DNA of 64,000 nucleotides from Curvularia clavata (lineage: Eukaryota). Numbering within the stretch: position 1 is the first letter of the stretch; every line of letters begins with the position of its first letter. Below are positions 24,174-36,292 of the stretch, one piece after another. Where the stretch lies: contig CP089274.1 in the NCBI GenBank assembly GCA_023920165.1, positions 3,782,001 through 3,846,000 on the forward strand, written 5' to 3'. A model generated the notes under the pieces. It did not search any database, was not told where the DNA came from, and saw only the letters and a list, made by a program, of their open reading frames with translations. A program made the position numbers and the translations under genes.

Positions 24174-24363
24174 TCAAACTTAGAAAATGGTACAGCGGGT
24201 GAATATTGATAGATTGAATTGAACGATTTATACGCCGAGCCGGTCATGGGGTATCAAGAGTATCTTCGGCAAATAAAAAAAAGCACCCATCCCATGCGCC
24301 TGTATAGTAGAACCATCCTAAAACATAAGCATGACTATGTTCATGGCGGGGCTACACCCTCTT

Positions 24364-27253
24364 TTATCTTTGACGCACCCATTCGCCGTCGTCTTGCATC
24401 ATCCAACCATTCGCCATCAAAGCCATGCCGTGTTTCTCCCTTGGATGAATAATATTCTCGAACCCTGGTCTAAGTCCAGTCCCAGACCTGCCTGTTGTTA
24501 GCATATACATCCCATCAACAAAACCCCGGTTAGGGAGAAACTCACTTGATCATATTGAGTGCCATGCTTCTCGCCTTGTCTTTCAAGTTGACTTGCGAAC
24601 GGCCTTGCAGAAAGTTCCCATTATTCGCATCGTACTTCAGAATCGTCGCATACTTGGCCGGGTACATGCGCATGTACTCGCAAAAAGAATCCTCCTCCTC
24701 AGGAGACCATTCTCTGCGCGATTTGCGCTCGTTGCGATACCTTGTAGTCTCGAGCACTTGGTTTTCCAGAGCAAGTTGGCGCTGCGCCTGGTAGGTGGAG
24801 GCCGGAATTTCTTCCGTCATTTCTGGAGCATCGGTCTCGGACACAGATTCTTCTTGTTCGAGTGTTTGTTGGGTTGGTTGGCTTGACCATGGATGAGGCT
24901 GATGACTCAGCGGAGTACCAGACGAAGCAGGTTCAATGCGAACTTTCTTTGCAACTGGGGCCTTGCGCCGGCGTTCTGGGACACGGAGACCGCGATCCTC
25001 GCTTTCAAACGCATCGGATTCGTCCTCGTCATCCATGGGTCGTGAGCGCTTGCGTGATGAGGATTCGACAGGCTGCTTCCCTTTGTTTGTGTTGGATGGG
25101 CCTGGCGTAGGCTGCGTCTCGTCGAATCCATCTCCGAACTCGACACGCTCTGCATTTGCCTGGCGATCGAATATTGATACTGGTCGGTTTTCTTTCTGAG
25201 AACGGTGGACAGCTTTCAGCCGCCTGAGCATCTCTGCCGAACTTGTTGGCTGCTTGCTCGGGGGTGGGTTAGACGTGCTAGGCTCTTCAGCCTGATCTTC
25301 CCCTTCCTCAACGGTTCCTTTTGGTTGCACGTCGTCCCCCTCTTCTCTCTGTTCCTGCTGTTCCTCCTCTTCTACCTGCCCCTGTTGTTCCTCAACCTTT
25401 GGTGCTTGCTGCTCATCGTGTTGTTCCAGGTCATCGTCTTCGCTTTGGGGGGTCGGATTTTTTTTTTCTGTTTGTACTTCTTGTACCTTGTCTCCTTGCA
25501 CTCCTTCCCCTTCTTCTTCTTCTTCTTCTTCTTCTACTACCTGCTGGAAAGTGCCGTCACCCTGCTCTTGTCGGGAAAGGTTTACTTCAAAATCTACGCC
25601 AGAGTCACGCTCCCTCGCTTTCAACACGTCAATGGCACTGAGATCTACTGCAGCATTCGGATCATACTTGCGACTGCTGCGCCGCCTGTCTCGTCCAAAA
25701 GACGTCCGCTTCCTTCGCGGCGATGGCTGTGGGGCCAAAGGAGCGTTCGTTTGATCGATAACGGTTTGCGGCTCCTCATGAAGTTGCTTGATGTTGCGCG
25801 CAATGACCGCTGCTCCGCCAAGCTCGTCGATGGCAGCAAGCAACTCGCCACGTCGAAGACGTACCCATGCCAACAAGCGAAGAATGGTTGGCTCCCATGG
25901 AAAATAGGCTCTCAAATTTTCTAAATCAACGGTCTCACCACGTTGCACGGAATCTTCGTCCGTTAGGAAGAATTCCCGGACCTTGTTAAAGCGCGCTGCG
26001 ACGTGATCCTCGAGTTCTTGGGGTAGTGGAGATTCGTCACCTCCTAACGCTGTTGTATTCCAGCCACGAATTGGTGAACCGTCCACAGCTTGGGACGACT
26101 CTGAACGAAGGAATATTTCATCAAGTATATCATCAGGATCAGAGCCGATGCTGTCGGCCGATTTTTGAAGTACGAGTATTGCCAGTTGAGTCCGCAGCTC
26201 CAGCGCAAGCTCAAACGTCTCTTTGAATAGCCCGCTTTCGCCAGTAACGAATGGCCGTCCATCCGGCTGGAGCGAGCGCATGAATTGCACCGGAAAAGTA
26301 TTATCAAGCTGTCGTAGCACATCCCACATAATCTTGTCGTCTCGGTCAGAATGTATCATTTGCTTGGCAAAGACGAGTAGGTTAGCCAGATATAGTATCA
26401 GGTCAAGGCCAGTTTGAGTGGCGGCAATCTGCTCGTTTGCGCCAAAGAGCGCACGGTGAAGTGCGCGGATGTGGATGTAGCTGTGTTCTTCGCTCTTGAA
26501 GTGCTTCAGATGCACGTTCAGTTCGATCTCATAGTCGAGATACTCCTCGGAATATGCAGATCCCGGCTTCTGCATCTCCTGTATATTCAGCAGATCATCA
26601 TGCATGGTCGCGTTGCTCGGCGCGATGTGCTCCAGAAACTCCTGGGCTGAATCGCATAGTTTGCGCAAGTGTTTCACAATGAACCTAGGTTCCAGAAACT
26701 CGGCCTCAACCATACTAAAGGAAGAAATGGCAGTGGTTCCGGACATCTCGGATACGGCGCCCGGCGAGCGGAAGGGCATGGGAATTTCGGGGCTTGCGGG
26801 CTGAGGTGTGCCGAGGATTTCAATCTCGTCCAACGCGATCTGTGTGTCCATTTCCTCTACAACAGTAAGGCCTGGTAGGTGTTCTCATCAGTCTTGGGTG
26901 AGTCTAGTGGCTGGCAGTGTGCTCGTGTTTGCGCGAGGTGTGCAGGCAGGCAATGGCGGGTCGCAGACAAACTACTGACCTTCCAACGGCTCTTTCATGG
27001 CCTGGCGCCTGGTCTGACGCGCTTGCTTTCCCTCATTCTCACTGTCATCGATCACGCCCGTAATGCTCGCTTGCCGTGTGCGCCGGCGTGTGTGTTTCTC
27101 AAAATCACCAAAGTCGACGATCTCACGGCTTGCACTGCGCAAGCTTCTTGCTCGTGATGCGCGTCCCGGATTTGTCGCGGTCGCCTTGGAGGGTGGTTGT
27201 GGGGTAGCGGTTGCACGTCGGCTTTCGGACCGCACACGTCTGCGGTCAGCCAT
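24364..27253 (-). CDS. Telomere repeat-binding factor-like protein with a single C-terminal telobox Myb domain (TRF/Taz1-like)
   Basis: C-terminal RREWSPEEED...Y..ILKYD...LQGRSQVNLKDKAR (telobox LKDK motif), a central helical region and an acidic linker. Introns at 26979-26872 and about 24545-24488. The last exon is SGTGLRPGFENI...QR*. Confidence 0.75.
25509..25535 (-). repeat. (GAA)n microsatellite encoding poly-Glu inside the TRF-like gene
   Basis: Run of TTC triplets on the plus strand, matching VVEEEEEEEEG. Confidence 0.8.
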
Positions 27254-27921
27254 TGCAGTTTAGAAGGGCGCGATGTATGGGTAGGCAGCGCATGCGACGG
27301 AGGTTGCGTAGGTTGGGCGGACGGTGCTGTGGGTGTTGTCGTTGTCGGAGACTGACGTTCACTTGTTTACGAAGAGCGGATTGCGCGATGGTAGGCTAAC
27401 CAAAGACGCCCACTCAACGGGCGATCACGTGATGAACGTCAACCAGGAGACGCCGTAGACCGTCGCAGGCTAGGGTCGGGCCCCCGACTTGTGGACAGGG
27501 GGCTCAAGGGAGCGTACGAAGACGTGCATACGAAGCGTCTGAGGTCGAGACGGGACTACGGCATGCGATGGAATACTCCGCTCCACTGTCAGGATTACCT
27601 GAAAAGAAAAGCCCCCCTAAACTAGTGTCAGTGTGCTACGTATACCTATCCACCTAAATATAATACGTGGGCTGCCTGCGCACGCCCTCCACTTGCTCAC
27701 ACCAGCGACACTCGACTGGCGTACGCTCAAACGCCTAGCCGACCTGTTTCTAACTCGAACCCAATTAATTCCTTGCACATCCACGTTCCTTTGCCACCTT
27801 TCTTCCTTTCTCGTCGCTCCCTTGACCGTTACCACTTTTCCCGCAGACGCTCTAATCCACCGCCGAACACCCTTCCATTGCGATTCTAGGCACCCTTTGT
27901 TACGTCTGAATTGCTTTCATC

Positions 27922-29577
27922 ATGAAGTTACGACAGCCAGGACCGCAACTCCTGTTGCTTCTCCTGCCCGCCCTACAAGTTCTCGCTACATCTAACGCAG
28001 CCGACTCTTCGAAGAACCCACTCGCGCGAGCTGCTGCACCGGCTTACGCTGACGCCACCCCTCGCACCGATGCCTCGCTCGCGGCCCCTACAGGCGTCAA
28101 AGGCACCAAAGACGCACCTGTCGACGGACTGGACGGAAAGCCCCACGCCGGGCCATATGTTGATGACACACCCAAGGCTCATAGCAAGGCCCCAAATGTT
28201 GTAGAGGATCTGGGAGCGGCCAAGAAGCCAAAAGGCTCGTCCGACACCGTCCTGGTGGATAAAGTGCTGGATGGCGACAAGAGCGTCATGCAGGACCCCG
28301 AGAGAAAACTGGCTACGGGCAGCAAAGGCACGGAGGGCGGGGTTTCCGAAAAAGATAAGCAGCGCACGGCGCATGAGGAGAAGACGGGCGAAAAGATGGA
28401 AAAGGTTCCCGAATCGCCCAAGGAGGCGCCTCCTCACCCTCACGACCAGGCTCAATTGAAGGGAGATGCGACCGAGACAGCGCCGGCACGCATTCCTGGT
28501 GCTGGTGGCCTTGAGGTAGGTTTCGATGTGGCTGTGAGGACGACTTGGTACTAACTGAATCGTAGAAACCTACCGACCTTCCTGACTCTCCTCACGACAT
28601 CCCGCACCCCGTTCCAAACTCGATTTCTAACAAAGATCCTTTGGACACTACCGGATCATCCAAGAAGCCCTCGTCGATCATTGATGGAGATGTCGACACA
28701 GGCGTTGTACAGCCCTTCCATTCCTTTATCCTCGCCTTTACTATGATCATCTTCTCAGAAATCGGTGACAAGACATTCCTTGTTGCCGCTCTCATGGCTA
28801 TGCGACACCCACGACTGCTCGTCTTCTCCGCTGCCTTCTCGGCGCTGGTCGTCATGACAGTGCTTTCTGCCGTCTTGGGCCATGCCGTTCCAGCCCTCCT
28901 TTCGGAACGCTTCACACATTTCGCTGCCGCTGCTCTCTTCCTCGTCTTTGGCGTGAAGCTCATCAAGGAAGGTCTTGCTATGAGTCCAGACGAGGGTGTT
29001 GGAGAGGAGATGCGCGAAGTGGAACAGGAACTGGAAGAAAAGGAGCAGCTTGCGCGACACCAAGGCCACCGGAAGTCATCCGTATCACCCTACGCACTCG
29101 AGTCTGGTCGTGGTGTACGACGCTCACGATCCAATTCGCGGCTGCCCGCGCCCGCTCGAAGCCCCTCCAGCTCGCCCGATCGGATGCCATCTCCACGAGG
29201 AGGCTCAATGTCGAGCACAATGGGTGCTGTCAACAACCTTTTCTCTCTGCTTCTCAGCCCAGCATGGGTCCAAACATTTGTCATGACATTTCTCGGAGAG
29301 TGGGGTGACCGCAGTCAGATTGCAACCGTCGCTATGGCCGCTGGCTCTGACTACTGGTATGTCACAGCCGGTGCTGTAGTAGGACACGCTCTGTGTACTG
29401 CAGGTGCCGTTATCGGCGGCCGTGCTATCGCTGGTCGTATTAGTATGCGTAATGGTAAGAGTATCCCCCTCTGTTCTTGTGTAGCCCATCTAACGTCAGA
29501 CAGTTACTCTTGGTGGCGCAATTGCTTTCCTCATATTCGGTATCATCTACCTCTTTGAAGCTTTCTACAGCTCATAG
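27922..29577 (+). CDS. GDT1: GDT1/TMEM165 (UPF0016) Ca2+/Mn2+ transporter with signal peptide and long luminal N-terminus
   Basis: Two family motifs, EIGDKT and EWGDRS. N-terminal LLLLLLPAL signal-like segment. Introns at 28516-28565 and 29454-29502. Confidence 0.92.
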
Positions 29578-30255
29578 AATACACGGTTATTAGCATTGCA
29601 GGGCGCGATTGGTGGGAGGGAAACACAGGCTTGGGCTCTGTTGTCATGTGTTTCATTGTGCGGGTTTTTTAAGTATTACTAATTGTATTGATATCTATCT
29701 CGAACCCGATCCGGGTCGCTTAACAGGAGACTGGTAATGTATCCTGCAAAAGTTAATCATGTCTCCTAAGTTGCGTACTTGTTTGGACTATGGCTGGTGA
29801 AATTTGAGTGAGGCCTCTCGCACGGTTCGAAACAATGCTTGACTGATTTTGTTTGGAACCCCCTGGCTTGTTTTCCGGCTAGTCTTTAAAGGAGATAAGC
29901 TTTTGAGATCGACAGTGTGCGTAAGTGTCAAGTCGCTGGTGTAGTGGTGAACAACGGGGTTAGGCTTGGCACGAATCCCTGCGTTCGCCGCGGAAGAGAC
30001 CCGCTGGCCCTTGCAGCCTCGAGCTGCCATTACACCTTCAACCACAAAAAAGCTGCTCGTTATCGACAGCTGCCTTTATCGCCTTGGAACGTACGCCTCC
30101 ACGCTGACGTTCTGCATACACTTGTGACCGCACCGTCTGCCACCACCCATTCCGTGCGAGCGACGCGCGTTCACTTGTATTGTTAGGTATCCTTGATTTG
30201 CGCAACCCTCCACTTCCACCACAACCACCAGACATTGCATTGCTAGCCCTGGGCT

Positions 30256-31311
30256 ATGGTTTCAACGACCTCTAGTACAATGCCACCGCAGCGCGAACCT
30301 CCCCGCCCGCCGCCACCCGCCGTAGTAGAGGCCGAGATGCAGTGGATCTTCACAGAAGAAGAGCTGCTCATGGCGCCGTCTATAACCGATGGAATGCCTC
30401 CAGAGGAAGAACGCACACTACGACGCAAAGGCGTGGGCTTCATATTACAAGTTGGCATGATGCTCAAGCTCCCGCAAACCACGCTCAGCACTGCCGCCGT
30501 TTTCTTCAACCGCTACCTCATGCGCATGAGCCTGAAGCCACGACCGGGCTATAAGCCGCTCCACCATTACGTTAGTTTCTGTACCACTCGGCCCCTGTTA
30601 TCTGCACACATCTAACCCTACCAGCAAATTGCCGCCACTGCACTATTCCTTGCCACCAAAGTCGAAGAAAACTGCCGAAAGATGAAGGAGCTCGTGGTCT
30701 CCTGCGTCCGAGTTGCGCTCAAAGACCCCAACAAGCTCGTCGACGAACAGACAAAGGATTTTTGGAAATGGCGGGATACGATTCTGTATAGCGAAGATGT
30801 CCTTCTCGAGGCGTTGTGTTTCGATCTCAACGTCGAGTCGCCATACAAGATTATGTACGACATGATGAAGTACTATGGAGTTGAGCATAATAAGAAGCTG
30901 CGCAACTCAGCATGGGCTTTTCTGTCCGACTCGACGTCCACACAAATGTGCCTGCTATTTCCCTCACGAACAATCGCTGCAGCATCCCTGTATGCTGGTG
31001 CACGCATGGCCGAGGTTGAGTTGAGTGACGACGACGGTAAGCCGTGGTGGGAGATACAGCATGTCCAGCTGCGTGACATCAGGAGAGCGTGCAACCTGAT
31101 GGCTGATCTGTATGAGAAAACTCCCGACAAGGATGGGGAGCCAAACATGTACGCAGGACTCAGAACGCCCGAAGACGGCATTGACTTCGGAGACACGCCT
31201 GGGAGCATGGAAGGGGTCCAAATGACAAGCCAAAGCCAGCCTCCTGCTAACGGCACTGGTGATGGCAACGTGACAGAAAGAGGTAGCGAAGAGGGCGAGT
31301 TGGATGGCTAG
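30256..31311 (+). CDS. Transcriptional cyclin (cyclin T/K-like; Pch1/Bur2/Ctk2 group)
   Basis: QWIFTEEEL..APS, cyclin box (LPQTTLSTAAVFFNRY, AATALFLATKVEE, EDVLLEALCFDL). Intron at 30571-30624. Confidence 0.9.
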
Positions 31312-32062
31312 GAATCGGCATCCGCTAACGACCCAGCCGACAACAAGTCCTCTGTTAGTATGGAACTGGAGAGCAAGACAAGTTTGCTTTCACCAACAGA
31401 AGGATAAAAGGGAGTATGTAATGGTTGCCAAGACAGCGCTGCACATGTGATTTGAAATTGGGTTGGCGAACAGGCGTTTGGAAATCAGTACGAGATACCA
31501 TCCGGGACACATAATGTATGTTCCGATTGTTTTTGTGTTAATGGAGACGTTCCATCATGACCTTCACTTGCTTTGACAATGCTTGCGAAACTTTGTCCAG
31601 CACTTCCCGAGAAATCTGACTAATTCTGCAGTAGGCTGAATGACGCCCAGCTGATGTATATGTACATTGTTCACAAGGGCCATCGATGTGTTCTTGAAAG
31701 TTGGCATGGTGTTTGCCTGCCAACAGGTTGTTTCAACGGTTCAACATGATACCCTTGTTCGCGACCGTATCGACCGTATATCATATCCTAGCGCATGACT
31801 CGCTAGGAAGCCGAGGCATCTTGCAGGCCGCGTCAAGGATCGTTCAAAAGTCCGACGTCAAGACTCGCCCCCTTCGCCATAGAAAGCGCTCGGATTTCCG
31901 TTTTGCTTTCACACATGGCCCAGCAGATTTTATTTACCTACTGTAATAAACCACTCTCATTACACTGGTGACATACGTTGTTTCCTACCACCCACCTTTA
32001 GCAACTGAGTGAATCTCTTAAACGTATTGCCTGGACTGTACCCCCGTCTCTAAACCACAAAA

Positions 32063-33535
32063 ATGGACGGTGGCTCACCAACAGCGCTCCTGAAGCTCGT
32101 CCTTCCCAAGACGCCGATGCTTCTCAAAACAGCGCTATGGCACACTTTCTCAATGTCGCCCACCAGCTCCAAGTGGGACCTGAGGACCGAACTGACAGTC
32201 AATATGCTGCGCGACATGATGGGTCCCAACTCGAAGCCGCAGCCCATTTCCAAAATGCAGCGTCTGACGTGCAAAGACCCGGGCGTCAAGGGCAAGATCT
32301 GGGTTAGCAAAGTAAAGATGGAAGTACCTGAAGATGATGCGCGGCAGATGCTGTTCAAGGCGATTGAAGATATGGGAACAGGCAAGGAGCAGTGGGATCG
32401 CGCTGAGCAGCGGCCGCTGGAAGCAGAGTGGAATGGGTATCGTGCTGATGCCAAAGACGACGAGCCGGAGCCCGCTGGCTTGAGTGAGAAAGAAAAGTAC
32501 GAAAACCTAATGAAGGAGACGAAAAGCAAAGTAACGGTTCTTTATTTCCACGGCGGAGCCATGTATCTGCTCGACCCAGCTACATATCGTGGACTCACCG
32601 GCCGCCTCGCGAAACAGACTGGTGGTCGCGTCTTCAACGTACGCTACCGATTATGTCCTCAGGGTCCTTTCCCAGGTCCTCTTCTCGACTGCTTCACTGC
32701 ATACCTCAGTCTCCTTTCCCCACCTCCAGGCTCTTTTCACGACCCGGTACCCGCCAACGAAATCGTCTTTGGCGGCGACTCAGCCGGCGGCCTCTGCTGT
32801 GCCGCTCTCCTTCAACTCCTCCTTCAACTCCACCGCAGCGCGCCCTCGGGCCAGACTCCTACCGTGCGTTTCCACGGCAAAGATGTCGCCATCCCTCTGC
32901 CTGCCGGCGTAGCCTTCACTTCTCCCTGGCTCGACATCACGCGCGGCCTGCCCTCCATCGAAGGCGCCACACAATACGACTACCTCCCTCCCCCCAGCTC
33001 TACGGAAACCCGCGATTTCCCACCTGAAGAAGGCGTCTGGCCTGCGAACCCTCCCCGTGCAGATTTCTACTGCGAAGGCAGTGCCCTGCTGCATCCGCTT
33101 GTTTCGCCCCTCGCAGCACAGGATTGGTCCGCCAGTCCACCTCTCTTCTTCTCCGTCGGTCACGAGATGCTGCGCGATGAGGACGCAGTACTAGCTCAGC
33201 GCGCAGTTGCACAGGGTGTACCCGTTGTATGGAGAGAATTCGAGGCTATGCCGCATTGCTTCGCGATGTTGCTTGAAACGCTACCTGAAAGCGATGTGCA
33301 TAGAGAAGAGTACGCAGCGTTTTGTAGGAAGGTATTTGAGGAGCCGGCAGATGTGAGGACGGGAGGCGTACTGATTAAGGCAAAGTCGTTGGAGAGGTTG
33401 GAGTTAGATGTTGCAAAGGGCTTGACGGAGATCAAGGAGGAGGAGGTGAAGGAGTACATGGAGAAGGGCAAGGAGAGGATTGAGAGGAAGTTTAGGAGGG
33501 GTTTAGATCCAGCGTCGGAGAGGCCGATGTTGTAG
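32063..33535 (+). CDS. Alpha/beta hydrolase, HSL/GDXG esterase-lipase family
   Basis: YFHGGA oxyanion motif, GDSAGG nucleophile elbow, GHEMLRD acid and MPHCF His. Intronless, 490 aa. Confidence 0.92.
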   Translation: MDGGSPTALLKLVLPKTPMLLKTALWHTFSMSPTSSKWDLRTELTVNMLRDMMGPNSKPQPISKMQRLTCKDPGVKGKIWVSKVKMEVPEDDARQMLFKAIEDMGTGKEQWDRAEQRPLEAEWNGYRADAKDDEPEPAGLSEKEKYENLMKETKSKVTVLYFHGGAMYLLDPATYRGLTGRLAKQTGGRVFNVRYRLCPQGPFPGPLLDCFTAYLSLLSPPPGSFHDPVPANEIVFGGDSAGGLCCAALLQLLLQLHRSAPSGQTPTVRFHGKDVAIPLPAGVAFTSPWLDITRGLPSIEGATQYDYLPPPSSTETRDFPPEEGVWPANPPRADFYCEGSALLHPLVSPLAAQDWSASPPLFFSVGHEMLRDEDAVLAQRAVAQGVPVVWREFEAMPHCFAMLLETLPESDVHREEYAAFCRKVFEEPADVRTGGVLIKAKSLERLELDVAKGLTEIKEEEVKEYMEKGKERIERKFRRGLDPASERPML

Positions 33536-33852
33536 GTTTCTATCTGTTGATCGGAGGTTGGTTTGGGTTAGAAGGATTCTTGTTTGGTAAATATCTCATG
33601 GGAAGTTTTCATAGAGACTAGAGTAATATCCTAAGACAGGTTTTTTCTTTTCAGAACGATAAATTTCTCTTAGAAACGAGTATCTATATTTTTCATGACT
33701 TAGAAGATGGAGCTAGTTGCTGTTATCCTACTAAAATGAACTAACAAGGTGGAGGGATCAGAAAATATGTATGCCACCTATAAGCAAACCCTTAATCTCC
33801 AACCCGCCTCTCTCTTCTCCCATACAGATTACAATAATTTCAAAATGAACGG

Positions 33853-35319
33853 CTAATACCCCCCATCACCACCCTCCCTCTTCATCCTCCCACTCCTCCT
33901 CCTCGCCAACCCCCTCTCCACTCCACTCTCCAAACTCGTACCTATACCCGAGTCCGTAAACACTCCCTCCCTCTCTGCTCCCATACGAGGGACTGGTTCC
34001 TCAAGGATAAAATCATCTTCCTCGTCGTCGGCCTCTGCCTCTTCTTTCGCCGGTATATCATGCAAAGCAGGTTCGTTGCGTTCCTCCTTAGGAGACGGCG
34101 AACTATACGATAGAGGTTGCTGCGAAGGCAGCGTGGGAAAAGTGCGGCTGGTATCACTATAGGGTGTACCTGGCTCCGTTTCGCCAGCTTCCGTTTTGAT
34201 TGTTGCTTCGTTCTGGCCTTCTGTTTTGATCTTCCCATCCGCAGCAGTGTCTTGGGGAGAAGATTTGCTGAAGAGCAGAGTAAAAGCGCCCCAGGTGAAG
34301 AGCAAAACACACATTTCCATGCCCCAGAAAGCAAGGATGCCGAGGGTTGCGCTGGTGATCCAGTACCGGTACATGAGCCATCGGAGTCCCTCGAGGCGCG
34401 CGCTGATGTGTACGCTCGCGCGGTAGATTTCGAGGGGGAGCTTGGATCGCAGCTCAAGGCGGAGGGAAGACGGGACGTTGCGGAGCCCCGGCTCGAACAT
34501 GACGGATTCCATCATGGTGATTTCAATGTGCTCGGATTCTGTGTGCCACCCAATGAGGTACAAGGGCAGGCGCATAAAGCGGTGTATGGTTTCCAGTATA
34601 CGACTTCGGTATGTGAGAATCGCTGGTCTTCTGCTTCGAGCGAGGACCGTAGGCGTCTGGCTGGTCGTGCCATCTGTCACGATCTTCTCGGCCGTGGCTC
34701 CAGGAGCACCCCCTTGGCTGTGGTCCTCGACATTCCATTCTTCGTCCCATCCTAACAGATGCTTTACACCCTGGCCGAGCGTCGTAGGCCCTCGAAACTC
34801 CAGTGCCACCATCCAATTGCCCGCCCTGAGATTCGTGTCGCTCCTTGGTAGGTCTAGCTCCACGACGACATCGTACTTTTGCCGATCCACCAGTCCGGGT
34901 ATGTTCGCAAGGCCGTACGGCCATTTTGCGGACTTGACTATTGGCGCGCTGCCGGCATGCGCAGTTGTATACGCGGGTAGAGGACTGTGGTCGAACTGGA
35001 GATATACCGGAACGACTATGCCGCGAACGGGAATGTAGGCATAGTAAAAGGAAGAATACGCTACGACAGCGAAGCCGAAGAGAACAGTCGATGCGATGAA
35101 TAGAAGCGCGGTCCGCAGGTATGTTCGTAGTAGAGCCGGCGATGTCGCAATGCGAATGGGAAGAAGCAGGGTATCCTTGGTACTCAATCAGGACGAGTTC
35201 TAGACAATGCGCGGGCGGGGGAGAAAGAGGGGGAGGAATGCTGCAAACACGGGAACCCCTACTATCACAATCTGAACAATTGATTTCTCCTCGCGGAAAT
35301 CATCTTTGAGTTCCTCCAT
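33853..35319 (-). CDS. SEI1: Seipin (lipid droplet biogenesis protein)
   Basis: Two TM segments flank a luminal domain (VPVYLQF, QKYDVVVELDLPRSDTNLRAGNWM, LEGLRWLMY). The first exon, MEELKDDFREEKSIVQIVI (35319-35263), is joined by intron 35262-35176. Confidence 0.88.
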
Positions 35320-36292
35320 CACCACCTATTAGCCGCATGGACGTTGGTAGTGTCGGGATGTTAGTTTCCACGCGGTTGATCTTCACATGCCATCGCACGA
35401 CACACTAAAAGGCTTGTGACGTAGCTTGTGCACAGACAATGCATGACTTGCATTAAACCTCACAGTCTACCCATCAGCTGAACTCTATCACGACGCAGCC
35501 AATAGTTCTCATCTTACTTATGCGCATGTATTGAGCCACACCCAAATCTCTCACTTAAACGACATATAGTTATGTAATAAATTTTCATTCAAGCAATACA
35601 GCACAGAAGGAGAACACCGAAGCTAATCCTACACCAGCCCTAATATCGACTCTTGTACTAAAAGAAAAAGAAAAATCAAGAGACACGGCAGAATCCGTGG
35701 TGTAAACCCGTCAGCCTCAACGCCGTCAGGTTGACAGCCTGCGAGGCCGAGAACCCAAAACGCCAGAGGAAACAGAAACCCATCCGATCGTGCTCGTGGG
35801 CAACACGTGTGGTATCATTCCCAAAAAGCCTGCTGCTCTTCCTCGAGAAAAAAGCTGCACATCGGCGGAGATGAAAAGACACATCAGTAAGATGTAGTAG
35901 ACAAGCGCTTTAAAATATCAAAAACAAAGGAGATTCGTGAAAAGCGCGATGAGGCTGCACTAGCCGAACGAAGCTGGTGCGTTGCCGCATGCTGGGTTCT
36001 CCGCTCTAAAAGCCAGTTGTATCCCTCTTCGAAACTTTTATTCGGTCCGTCTGGAAAGACAAAGCCCAAGAACTTTTGAAAAACATGCAAAAGCATGATC
36101 AAGTCCGTATAAACTACATAGCCGCCGTGAAGAACAGCTAGAAGTAAAAGGCCGTGGGTATCGTAACATCATCGTCGGTAAATCCCCCCTGGATATTACC
36201 TCTTCCTCCTCCTAGCTTCTTGTGGCACCATCATCTGGTATGCCATGGTTTGCGTTTGTGGCGACATCAACGCCAAGTTTGTATAAGAGTGT

